IMG/VR virus record: IMGVR_UViG_3300046501_000385 | Direction: 5' to 3' (one strand) | Length of the DNA: 59,632 bases | Source: a virus | Part shown: piece by piece, positions 43,011 to 50,569 of the stretch | How the letters are laid out: every line of letters begins with the position of its first letter | How positions within the stretch are numbered: position 1 is the stretch's first letter | Made by a program: the position numbers and the translations under genes | The notes under the pieces: model-generated | What the model saw: only the letters and a program-made list of their open reading frames with translations | Told to the model about the DNA's origin: nothing | The model's database searches: none

Positions 43011-43412
43011 TCAGCCCTCCGGTGGGGCTTCGATCATGCCGAGCGCGTGCAGATAGGTGTCGAGGATCGCATCCTCTTCCATCCGCTCCTGCTCGTCCTT
43101 CCGGCGCAGGGCAACTACCTTTTTCAGAATTTTGGTGTCAAAGCCCATGCCCTTGGCCTCGCCGTAGACATCCTTGATGTCGTCCGCGACCGTCTTTTTC
43201 TCCTCTTCCAGGCGCTCGATACGTTCGATGAAGGCACGGAGCTGGTCGCGCGCAACACCGTGCGCGTCTGCGGCACCGGTTTGGCGTGGCGTGAAAGCTT
43301 CCATCTGGCGCTTGTCGCCGGAAACGATGGATTTGCCGATCGCCTCGGCACTGGCTACCTTTGCGCCAGCCTTGATCATTCCGGCTGAAGCACCGGATAT
43401 TCCGCTATGCAT
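43011..43412 (-). CDS. GapR-like (DUF2312) nucleoid-associated protein with an N-terminal extension
   Basis: [69 protein letters not shown] is near-canonical DUF2312. Confidence 0.75.
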   Translation of the reverse strand: MHSGISGASAGMIKAGAKVASAEAIGKSIVSGDKRQMEAFTPRQTGAADAHGVARDQLRAFIERIERLEEEKKTVADDIKDVYGEAKGMGFDTKILKKVVALRRKDEQERMEEDAILDTYLHALGMIEAPPEG

Positions 43413-43863
43413 TTTCTACCCCTTCCTCGTCGAGGTGCGCCTTCAGTCCTGCGACCGTTGGTCTGCGTTTCTCTTTTCTCCGGACGCGTTGAGCCTTCCT
43501 CGCGAACTCGCGTTCGGAAAGAAGCTTAAGGCGGCCATATTCTTTGGGGCGCGGCGGAAAAATCGTGACGACGGCACCGCTGGCGGTTTCGATCAGCGCC
43601 AGAAAATGCCCATTGTCCACGCTCGGGAGCCCCATGCGGACAGCCAGCGCGAGGCCAGGCGTCCAGATGATCTGACGAACCTTTCGGATAGTGAGGCCAA
43701 CGGCGCGGCAATGAGCCCTCGCCTCGTCCCTTGCGCATTCGAATGGTCCGTCAAGCTTTGTGTGCAAGATACGCTGCACGTACCGGGTCACCGCATGATT
43801 GGTGATGGCCAACGCCGGATCGACGAAGGCAACGCTTACTGCCTTAACTTGGAGGTCCTGCAT
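43405..43863 (-). CDS. Hypothetical protein
   Basis: ATG 43863 (MQDLQVKAV...) with ggaagggg SD. 152 aa. Confidence 0.45.
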   Translation of the reverse strand: MQDLQVKAVSVAFVDPALAITNHAVTRYVQRILHTKLDGPFECARDEARAHCRAVGLTIRKVRQIIWTPGLALAVRMGLPSVDNGHFLALIETASGAVVTIFPPRPKEYGRLKLLSEREFARKAQRVRRKEKRRPTVAGLKAHLDEEGVENA

Positions 43864-44125
43864 GCGCACCCCTTCCGAGAACACGGTCGTAGGCCTGAAC
43901 CAAAACGGCCAACTCGTGCCGGCGCGATGCAATCTCTTTGGCGGGCTTCTGGTTGCCGTGAGAGAAATTCTCCAGCCACCAGAGCTTTGTCGTGATGAGC
44001 TTTTTCAGCCCAGATGCGATGTCAGCGACGGACAGTACCGGCACTCGGGCCGCTGCCATTCCGACTATGATCTTCCGATCTTCGGCACGACGAATGATGT
44101 TGTCGACCGACGTGTATGTCTTCAC
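43844..44125 (-). CDS. Hypothetical protein
   Basis: GTG start with gagggaag SD. 93 aa. Confidence 0.45.
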   Translation of the reverse strand: MKTYTSVDNIIRRAEDRKIIVGMAAARVPVLSVADIASGLKKLITTKLWWLENFSHGNQKPAKEIASRRHELAVLVQAYDRVLGRGAHAGPPS

Positions 44126-44137
44126 GATGCGCTTCCC

Positions 44138-44833
44138 TCATCCTGCAACCTGCTGTCGTTCGCCTTGCAGCTTGGCTATCTGCTCGTCGATTTCCCTCGC
44201 ACGCTCGTGTTTTGCCGCCTGTTCCACCCAGCCAGGCTTTTGGCGGAGGCAGGCATGGAGAAGCGCTGGACCGAATACGGTGAGAAGGATCATGAAATGC
44301 TCCACCGAGGGCTGAGAGCGCCGGTGAAGCCAGTTTTCCACGCTGGCCGCGGGAATGCCGGTTTCAGCTTCGACATGATGGATCGTCGATCGCGGAAACC
44401 TATCCCGCAGCCAGGCGGTAAGCCCCTCTACGTCAAACAGGAGTGCTGCGTTCTTCCCGTAAAGTTGCGGTCTGTTGCGGGCAGAACCGCGCCAGCCTCT
44501 TGGGCCATATTCTAGGCACTGAGGCTCGTCTTCCGACAAACCCACGCATTCGGGCCGTAACTCCCAACAAGGAATGGAGTTCGGGCCGTGCGGGATGTAG
44601 GAGGACTGGCGAGGCAGCAGGGCAATCAAGTGCTGGATGCGGACAGCGTTCACAATCATGGCCTGCTGGCTCACCCGCATGGGTGCGGGTTTTCTGAAGC
44701 GATCGGCGAGGTAGCTAAGAAGCTTGTCGATCGTCTTCGGGAGGATCGCTGGAACGGGCCTGACACCCGTTCCAGCGACAGTCAGGATCCGGCTCGCGCC
44801 GAAATCCCGGGGGTTGGAAATGGAATTGTTCAT
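44138..44833 (-). CDS. Hypothetical early protein (C-terminal HTH-like segment)
   Basis: 231 aa, ATGA overlap with cro. IHHVEAETGIPAASVENWLHRRSQPS looks HTH-like. Confidence 0.45.
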   Translation of the reverse strand: MNNSISNPRDFGASRILTVAGTGVRPVPAILPKTIDKLLSYLADRFRKPAPMRVSQQAMIVNAVRIQHLIALLPRQSSYIPHGPNSIPCWELRPECVGLSEDEPQCLEYGPRGWRGSARNRPQLYGKNAALLFDVEGLTAWLRDRFPRSTIHHVEAETGIPAASVENWLHRRSQPSVEHFMILLTVFGPALLHACLRQKPGWVEQAAKHERAREIDEQIAKLQGERQQVAG

Positions 44834-45072
44834 TGAGCGAGTGCCTCCGGTATTTTCGACAGGTCGAAAACGTCAGGGCGAAGGAGGTACCGGGAGATGC
44901 CGGTGGCTTCCTCGACCTCAAGGCAGCGCTCAAGGGGAACACCCTCACGCTCCCACTTCAGGATCGTGCTCTTATTGAACGCAGGATCGAACATCGCGCC
45001 GAAGGCCTCGAGGCTCATATGGCGGTCAGAACGGAACTGCTTGATCGGTGAAAGGGGCGTGTCGTGCTGCAT
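44830..45072 (-). CDS. cro: Cro-like HTH regulator (first gene of the leftward lytic operon)
   Basis: 80 aa. MSLEAFGAMFDPAFNKSTILKWEREGVPLERCLEVEEATG is a Cro/YdaS-type HTH. It is divergent from the CI-like gene. Confidence 0.65.
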   Translation of the reverse strand: MQHDTPLSPIKQFRSDRHMSLEAFGAMFDPAFNKSTILKWEREGVPLERCLEVEEATGISRYLLRPDVFDLSKIPEALAQ

Positions 45073-45078
45073 AACCCA

Positions 45079-45107
45079 AATGTTGCGTTAAAAACAACTT
45101 TCGTCAA
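45079..45107 (-). promoter_or_regulatory. Candidate leftward early promoter (TTGACG-N17-AACATT) with operator O1 in the spacer
   Basis: The -10 ends 6 nt before the cro ATG. No SD is present. Confidence 0.4.
45082..45098. promoter_or_regulatory. Operator O1, 17-bp palindrome GTTGCGTTAAAAACAAC
   Basis: Member of a six-site family (half-site GTTGCGTT). Confidence 0.6.
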
Positions 45108-45115
45108 GGGCTATG

Positions 45116-45133
45116 GTTGCTTTTCACGCCAAC
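45116..45133. promoter_or_regulatory. Operator O2 (18-bp variant GTTGCTTTTCACGCCAAC)
   Basis: GTTG...CAAC ends with one extra central base, between O1 and O3. Confidence 0.4.
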
Positions 45134-45158
45134 TCATCAAAACAAACCCGCTGCTAGA

Positions 45159-45175
45159 GTTGCGTCATGAACAAC
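45159..45175. promoter_or_regulatory. Operator O3, GTTGCGTCATGAACAAC, overlapping the CI start codon
   Basis: Same 17-bp architecture. It contains ATG 45167. Confidence 0.55.
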
Positions 45176-45532
45176 GTTAGGCAGGACAACGGTATGTCCT
45201 CAGATAGCAAAAGGCATTTTATCCCCGAGTGGACGGAGCGGCGGCACTTGAAACAGGCCGATATCGTCCGCGAGCTGGATGTGGATAAAGGCGTGGTCTC
45301 CCGCTGGTTCTCCGGCGTCATCCCCTCCGACAAATACCTAGAGCCCCTGGCGGGTCTCCTTGAGACTTCAGTGACCGGGCTATTCCGGCATCCGGATGAT
45401 GACTGGATCGCCAAGATGTTCCGCGATAGAACCGAGGAGCAGAAGGAAGGCGCGATCCGGATGCTCAAGGCATTCTTCGAGACCATGGACGCGCAGACCG
45501 GCAGCCGGCCATCGGAGAAGGCAAAGGGATAA
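45167..45532 (+). CDS. cI: CI-like XRE-family repressor
   Basis: 121 aa. RRHLKQADIVRELDVDKGVVSRWFSGVIPS is an HTH_3-type motif. It is divergent from cro. Confidence 0.65.
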   Translation: MNNVRQDNGMSSDSKRHFIPEWTERRHLKQADIVRELDVDKGVVSRWFSGVIPSDKYLEPLAGLLETSVTGLFRHPDDDWIAKMFRDRTEEQKEGAIRMLKAFFETMDAQTGSRPSEKAKG

Positions 45533-46197
45533 TGGGCAAGCGCTGGGGCGCACTGATTGCTGCTCTAGCCGTTGGCGCCGGCCTCCCCGCCCGGGCCGAG
45601 ATCGACATTTCCAGGCACACGACGCAACGCGGCCTCCAATATCTCTACGTCACCGGCGAAATCACATCGCAAAGCCCGCGTAAGCTTCAGAGCTTTATCG
45701 CCGACCAGCCGAATACCCCAGCTGTAATCGTTCTCGACTCGCCCGGCGGATCGCTCGATGGCGGAATCGCCCTTGGCAAAGTCATCAGGGCCAATGCCAT
45801 CCGCACCATGATCTTGGAAGACGGCTCCTGCCTCTCCGCCTGCAGCTTCGCTTTCATCGGCGGCACCGAGCGGAAAGTCGTCGAAGGCGGTCGCCTGGGC
45901 ATGCACCAGTTCCGATTCAACGGTTCGATCGACGGCGCGCACGCCATGGAGACCTCTCAGGCCTACAGTGGCACGCTGCTCTCCTATTTCCGGACCATGG
46001 GCGTAGATCTCGAAGCCCTTGAGCGCGCGATGCAAACGCCATCGGCGCAGATGTACATCTTTGATCCCGCCGAGCTCGCTGCTTTCCGCCTGGTCACGCC
46101 CGATCGCTCGACCGATTCGGGCTTATCGACCGGCTGCCCGTTTCCAAAGGGCCTGAAGATAAGTGATCCCCTCGGCCTCTATCCTGCCTGCAAATAA
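45532..46197 (+). CDS. Exported ClpP/SppA-fold (COG3904-like) periplasmic protein co-transcribed with CI
   Basis: Signal MGKRWGALIAALAVGAGLPARA. VIVLDSPGGSLDGGIALGKVIR is the ClpP/NfeD-class motif. TAATG junction with cI. Confidence 0.5.
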   Translation: MGKRWGALIAALAVGAGLPARAEIDISRHTTQRGLQYLYVTGEITSQSPRKLQSFIADQPNTPAVIVLDSPGGSLDGGIALGKVIRANAIRTMILEDGSCLSACSFAFIGGTERKVVEGGRLGMHQFRFNGSIDGAHAMETSQAYSGTLLSYFRTMGVDLEALERAMQTPSAQMYIFDPAELAAFRLVTPDRSTDSGLSTGCPFPKGLKISDPLGLYPACK

Positions 46198-46256
46198 CTG
46201 AAATGTCGCAATCAAGGGATTGATGGCGTTTTGCGCTAACACGCGCCTTTCGGTTG

Positions 46257-46273
46257 GTTGTTTCAAAAACAAC
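46257..46273. promoter_or_regulatory. Operator, GTTGTTTCAAAAACAAC
   Basis: Same palindrome family, immediately upstream of the CTTGAC -35-like hexamer at 46281..46286. Confidence 0.55.
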
Positions 46274-46290
46274 TTTTCCTCTTGACTTGC

Positions 46291-46307
46291 GTTGTTTTAA
46301 ACGCAAC
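46291..46307. promoter_or_regulatory. Operator, GTTGTTTTAAACGCAAC
   Basis: One mismatch from the reverse complement of O1. It lies just downstream of the -35-like hexamer. Confidence 0.6.
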
Positions 46308-46360
46308 CATGAGAGCGTAAACAACGGCTGCGTCGCCGTTGGGGCACGGAGCAACACCAC

Positions 46361-46489
46361 ATGAAAAGTATGGCCGCTTTGGCGAGCGTGATTGCGCTCG
46401 CGCTCATTTCCTCATTCCAGTCGCAGGATATGACGACGTGCCTCACTGGGCACACGTTCGATGTCTGCCACTACGCGCTGAACCGATAA
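46361..46489 (+). CDS. Possible 42-aa signal-peptide-bearing micro-protein (not in the ORF track)
   Basis: Hand translation MKSMAALASVIALALISSFQSQDMTTCLTGHTFDVCHYALNR. GGAG lies 9 nt upstream. First ORF after the operator-flanked promoter. Confidence 0.3.
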   Translation: MKSMAALASVIALALISSFQSQDMTTCLTGHTFDVCHYALNR

Positions 46490-46498
46490 GAGGCGCCC

Positions 46499-46687
46499 GT
46501 GGCTAACGATCCGATCACAGAAGCAAGCGAAGCAGCTGACATGGGTGACGCTGCCTCGATCATCGAGCTCTGGCATGCCGGCATCGACCTCAGCGTCAAG
46601 CAGCTCGAAATCCTCCATGAGCTCATGCTCGGCAACCGTGTCGACCTGATGAGCCAGTCCTACGAATTCATTGGGAGCGCCGCATGA
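46499..46687 (+). CDS. Hypothetical early protein
   Basis: GTG start with aagagg SD. 62 aa, acidic. Confidence 0.4.
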   Translation: MANDPITEASEAADMGDAASIIELWHAGIDLSVKQLEILHELMLGNRVDLMSQSYEFIGSAA

Positions 46688-46986
46688 GCTTGGCAGTCCA
46701 TTCCACGGGCGGCCTCGCCGCTGAAATCTTCGATCGGGCCTTGTCGGCAGCGGCTTTGGCCCAGCCGAACGCGCGCCGTGCCCGCCATGTCGCCTTCGAG
46801 GCGCTGTCGGTCCTGTATCCGGGCTACGGCAATACGCGCCTCGGTATCCGCCTTGGCTATTCCAACCCCGCCAATGCCGGCGCCATGGTCGCCGATGCCA
46901 AGTACGCCTTCTGGTGGAACGATTGCCACGTCGACGAGGTGATTGGCGCCCTGGTGGCCGATCAGTACGGCGAGAGGGCTGCCTGA
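46684..46986 (+). CDS. Hypothetical early protein
   Basis: 100 aa, ATGA overlap upstream. Confidence 0.5.
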   Translation: MSLAVHSTGGLAAEIFDRALSAAALAQPNARRARHVAFEALSVLYPGYGNTRLGIRLGYSNPANAGAMVADAKYAFWWNDCHVDEVIGALVADQYGERAA

Positions 46987-47568
46987 GTGGGTTTGTATTC
47001 CAACTTCCCGCGTAAGAAGCACGATGAGTATCTTACGCCATACGAAGCCGCTCGTCCGCTGGCACCGTTCCTGACTGGTATCCGAACGTTCATGGAACCG
47101 TGCTGCGGCGACGGCCGTCTGATCAACCACGTCGAGAGCTTCGGTCCGCTCTGCATCTATCATGGCGATATTCAGACCGGCACCGACGCGCTGACCGATA
47201 TCGTCCTGGCCCGCACGATCGCCGACGCCATCATCACCAATCCTCCCTATACGGAGGAGCTGTTGCTGCCGATGATCGAGCGGTTCTCCAAGATCGCGCC
47301 GACTTGGCTGCTGCTCGAGGCGAACTTCAAGTACAACCACTACGCCACGCCCTTCATTCCAACTTGCAGCGACATCGTGCCGATCGGCCGCGTCTGCTGG
47401 TTCGAGGGCACCGACGAAGGCAAGCAGAACTACGCCTGGTACCGCTTCCACGCGCAGCACACGCGCGGTCCCACCTTCCACCCCCGTCAGAAGTTCCCGC
47501 CAAAGCCGAGGCAGAAGAAAGCCAAGGCAACTGACGCCACCGTTTTATCCACCAGCCAAGGAGAATGA
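46987..47568 (+). CDS. Small orphan N6-adenine DNA methyltransferase
   Basis: Motif I FMEPCCGDGRL and motif IV AIITNPPY. GTG start directly after the upstream stop. Confidence 0.6.
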   Translation: MGLYSNFPRKKHDEYLTPYEAARPLAPFLTGIRTFMEPCCGDGRLINHVESFGPLCIYHGDIQTGTDALTDIVLARTIADAIITNPPYTEELLLPMIERFSKIAPTWLLLEANFKYNHYATPFIPTCSDIVPIGRVCWFEGTDEGKQNYAWYRFHAQHTRGPTFHPRQKFPPKPRQKKAKATDATVLSTSQGE

Positions 47569-47996
47569 TTATGCTGGATACCACCAACGCCACCACTGCG
47601 ACCCGTTACAAGGTCAAGTCGCCCTCACCCGTAGACGTCGCGATCGGTCGCCGCATCCGCATGCGCCGCAAGATGCTGAGCATGTCGCAGACGACGCTCG
47701 CCACGGCGCTGGGCGTCACCTTCCAGCAGGTGCAGAAGTACGAACGCGGTGCCAATCGTGTCGGCGGCAGCCGCATGCAGCGGATCGCCGAAGTTCTCCA
47801 GACCAAGGTCGCATTCTTCTTCGACGACACGCCTGACGATGGCCGCACGTCGGAGGAGAACGAAATCCTTGCCTTCGCATCGACGACTGAAGGCCTAGCG
47901 CTGATCCGCGCCTTCTCGAAGATCACGAGCGAAGCGGCCCGCAAGTCGATTATCGGCATCGCCGAGACCGTCGCCAATAAGACCTCCGCTCACTGA
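47565..47996 (+). CDS. XRE-family HTH transcriptional regulator
   Basis: IGRRIRMRRKMLSMSQTTLATALGVTFQQVQKYERGANR is a canonical HTH_3 motif. SD aaggaga. Confidence 0.7.
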   Translation: MIMLDTTNATTATRYKVKSPSPVDVAIGRRIRMRRKMLSMSQTTLATALGVTFQQVQKYERGANRVGGSRMQRIAEVLQTKVAFFFDDTPDDGRTSEENEILAFASTTEGLALIRAFSKITSEAARKSIIGIAETVANKTSAH

Positions 47997-48059
47997 TCGA
48001 TTCTGGTTTCCGCCCGCGTGTCGGGCGGTTTCTTGAAACGATCGCAAGAGGGATCAATC

Positions 48060-48581
48060 ATGGAAAGCACTGCAATTCCCGCGCGCCCACGGTATGGGTC
48101 ACAAGAGGGTCGCGCCCTCGCCGTCGAGGCAATTCTCGACGATGTAATGGAGTGGCTTGGGGCATCTGTTGGTGCGTCTGATATCGACCTCGATCGCGTC
48201 AGAAATCAGCTCACGGTGTCGTTTGAGAGAAACGGGTACGATTTCGCCAGCGTCCTGGAACGCCGCCATGGCTGGTCACCAGACGCACGCCTGGTGGAAA
48301 TCCTCGACGGAGCGGATCTCTCGTCGGCGCATCGGAAGGTCCAGTCCGACTGGGTGAAGGCATACGGCATCGCCGTGCCATTCAAAGTGGGCGATCAGGT
48401 CTCTACTGCCAGCTACCCGAAAGCTTGCGTTGCCGCCATTTGGGATGCGACGGCTGAGATCGTCGTGCAGCCCGAACGCGAAAAGGAATGGTGGGCCGAT
48501 GAGCCAGGCTGCGGCTACGTCGTTGCCTTCGAGCTCGCGACCCCTCTAGCCGGCACGATCGGCGACGAGGTGGCGGCATGA
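48060..48581 (+). CDS. Hypothetical protein
   Basis: ATG 48060 with agaggga SD. 173 aa. Confidence 0.5.
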   Translation: MESTAIPARPRYGSQEGRALAVEAILDDVMEWLGASVGASDIDLDRVRNQLTVSFERNGYDFASVLERRHGWSPDARLVEILDGADLSSAHRKVQSDWVKAYGIAVPFKVGDQVSTASYPKACVAAIWDATAEIVVQPEREKEWWADEPGCGYVVAFELATPLAGTIGDEVAA

Positions 48582-48973
48582 GCGCGGCACAGATTACTAC
48601 GTTCGATCAGGCGCTGAAAATCACCAAGGGGATTACCCAGCGCGCATTCTTGACGATGGGCCTGACGGACAGCCCAGTTCTGCCTCCCCTCAGAGAGATT
48701 TCCCTCACTGACATGCTCGCGGCTGTCCATATGGTGCGCGACCACAACGAACATGCTCAGCCGGTGGACGGCGTGAGGCACGTCTACGTGGTACCGGATG
48801 ATCGTCTGATCGCGGCGGTCTACGTCGCGATCCACTACAGCGTTGATACCGAGCAGCCCATTGTCATGGAGCCCGAGAAGAACGACTTCGACCAATGGGT
48901 CATGAAGGCTGTCGCTATCGTCGATGTGACCGAGAAGGCCGAGCTCCGCGGCGTGGAGCGGTCCGATGGCTGA
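48578..48973 (+). CDS. Hypothetical protein
   Basis: 131 aa, ATGA overlap. Confidence 0.5.
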   Translation: MSAAQITTFDQALKITKGITQRAFLTMGLTDSPVLPPLREISLTDMLAAVHMVRDHNEHAQPVDGVRHVYVVPDDRLIAAVYVAIHYSVDTEQPIVMEPEKNDFDQWVMKAVAIVDVTEKAELRGVERSDG

Positions 48974-49276
48974 CCGTCCTATGCTCTTCTCCACGCCGAT
49001 GATCCAGGCAATCCTTGCCGGCCGCAAGACGCAGACCCGACGGCTCGTCAAATTCGAGGGCGTCGAGAGCCTCATTTCTCGGGTTGGATGCCCTATTCCA
49101 CCGCGTTCTACCAAGCCGACGGCAAAACGCCGGCCAACTACCATCCCGATCCTCGTGAGAGCTACCGCTCCCTTTGGAACGTTATCGGCTACGGCGCCTG
49201 GGAAATAAACCCATGGGTCATTGCCTACACCTTCACCGCCGTTTTTCAAAACATCGATAGGATTTCCAATGACTGA
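48966..49276 (+). pseudogene. Frameshifted (or recoded) small gene: N-terminal MLFSTPMIQAILAGRKTQTRR in frame 0, C-terminal YRSLWNVIGYGAWEINPWVIAYTF in another frame
   Basis: ORFs 48966..49208 and 49088..49276 each carry one conserved half of what I recognise as a single phage protein family. The frame-0 tail after about 49085 is low-complexity and basic. Confidence 0.4.
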
Positions 49277-49970
49277 AGCATCTTCTTCGGCACCGACTGA
49301 ACTCACGTCTTTCATCCTCGCTGAGGTCCAGCGCCAGACCTCCGAGGACGCCCTTCGCAAGCTGGTAGAGAAAAAGATCGGAGAATCGGTCGCTTCCGCT
49401 GTTGAGAGCTCATTTCGCTCCTATGGCGATCTTCGCAAGCAAATTGAAAAGGCAGTCAACAACAGCCTTCAGATTGGCCCGAACATGGACATCCCCTCCT
49501 TTGGGGTGATGGTGCTGTCTCTGTTGCGCCAGAAGCTCGACGAGCGCGTCAACGGGCTCATTTCGGACAGGCTCGACGCTGAGATGAATGAAATACTCTC
49601 GATTGCGCCCAAGGAGCTGAAACTCTCAGACTTGGTGGAAGCGATCGTGAAGAAAGCTTCCGAAGACCTGAGCGATCGGTACGGGACTAGCGTCACGTGC
49701 ATCGTCGAGCAGAACGAGCGCTATCCGGATTGGTACGATATCTACCTCGACGAGGAGGAGGATAAGCCCAAGCGTGACTGCGAAATTCAGATCAGCCTCA
49801 TTAGTGACGGCAAGATCCATTCGATCAAAATAGACGGCAAGGATCCGAAAACCACGATCCGCATGGGCGCCATGTGGGGCTATCAGAAGATGATCTTCGG
49901 CGCCTATTGCTGCGGCTCGAAGTTCATCGTCGACACCGAATATCCCTCGACGGGCATTGGTGATTACTGA
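49269..49970 (+). CDS. Hypothetical protein
   Basis: ATG 49269 (MTEASSSAP...). 233 aa. Confidence 0.5.
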   Translation: MTEASSSAPTELTSFILAEVQRQTSEDALRKLVEKKIGESVASAVESSFRSYGDLRKQIEKAVNNSLQIGPNMDIPSFGVMVLSLLRQKLDERVNGLISDRLDAEMNEILSIAPKELKLSDLVEAIVKKASEDLSDRYGTSVTCIVEQNERYPDWYDIYLDEEEDKPKRDCEIQISLISDGKIHSIKIDGKDPKTTIRMGAMWGYQKMIFGAYCCGSKFIVDTEYPSTGIGDY

Positions 49971-50569
49971 TGTCGGAAGCAGCTATCGAAAAGCTCCGCG
50001 AGAGCACCATCCGCCGCGCGATCGGCCCTACCATCCTTCTAGGCTCCGGCACTTACTTTGATTTCGAAGATCCGGAAAGCAGCGAGATCACGATCGAGGA
50101 CGTGGCTTACGGCCTCGCCTTCGAGGGCCGCTGCGCCGGTCAATGCTACAGCCGCATTCTGAAAAGGCGGGTGTTTTATTCGGTCGCGGAGCATTGTGTC
50201 CGGATGAGCCGCGCCGTCAAACCGGCACTCGCCCTGGAAGCACTTCTTCACGAGGTTGGCGAGGCCGTCTGCGGTGACATGACGGCACCCTTGAAAGCTC
50301 TCAACCCTACGTTCAAGGCTATCGAGAAGCGATGTGAAGCGGCGATCCTGGCTAAATTCGGCGTCACGATCAGCAACCCTCTCGAAATAAAGAAGGCGGA
50401 CGTTCGCATGCTCGCAACCGAGCGCCGCGACTTGCTGCCATGGAAGGGCGAACGCTGGTCAATGGATGACGATACTCAGCCGTACAGCTTCGAGATCATC
50501 CCGTGGTCACCGGACGTCGCGGCAAGGGACTTCCTGAATCGCTACAAGGAATTGACTACAAATGGCTGA
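49970..50569 (+). CDS. HD-superfamily phosphohydrolase-like protein (YfbR-type) with HE in place of HD
   Basis: YSVAEHCV ... ALLHEVGEAVCGDM ... KKADVRMLATE parallels the H...HD...D pattern of HD 5'-nucleotidases, but the doublet reads H94-E95. Confidence 0.45.
   Translation: MSEAAIEKLRESTIRRAIGPTILLGSGTYFDFEDPESSEITIEDVAYGLAFEGRCAGQCYSRILKRRVFYSVAEHCVRMSRAVKPALALEALLHEVGEAVCGDMTAPLKALNPTFKAIEKRCEAAILAKFGVTISNPLEIKKADVRMLATERRDLLPWKGERWSMDDDTQPYSFEIIPWSPDVAARDFLNRYKELTTNG

Noticed and set aside
46660-47481. 273-aa minus-strand ORF, and 48515..49360 (281 aa), inside the rightward early operon
   Set aside because: They run opposite to tightly overlap-coupled plus-strand genes that contain clear motifs (NPPY methylase, XRE HTH). 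They have no SD or motif support.
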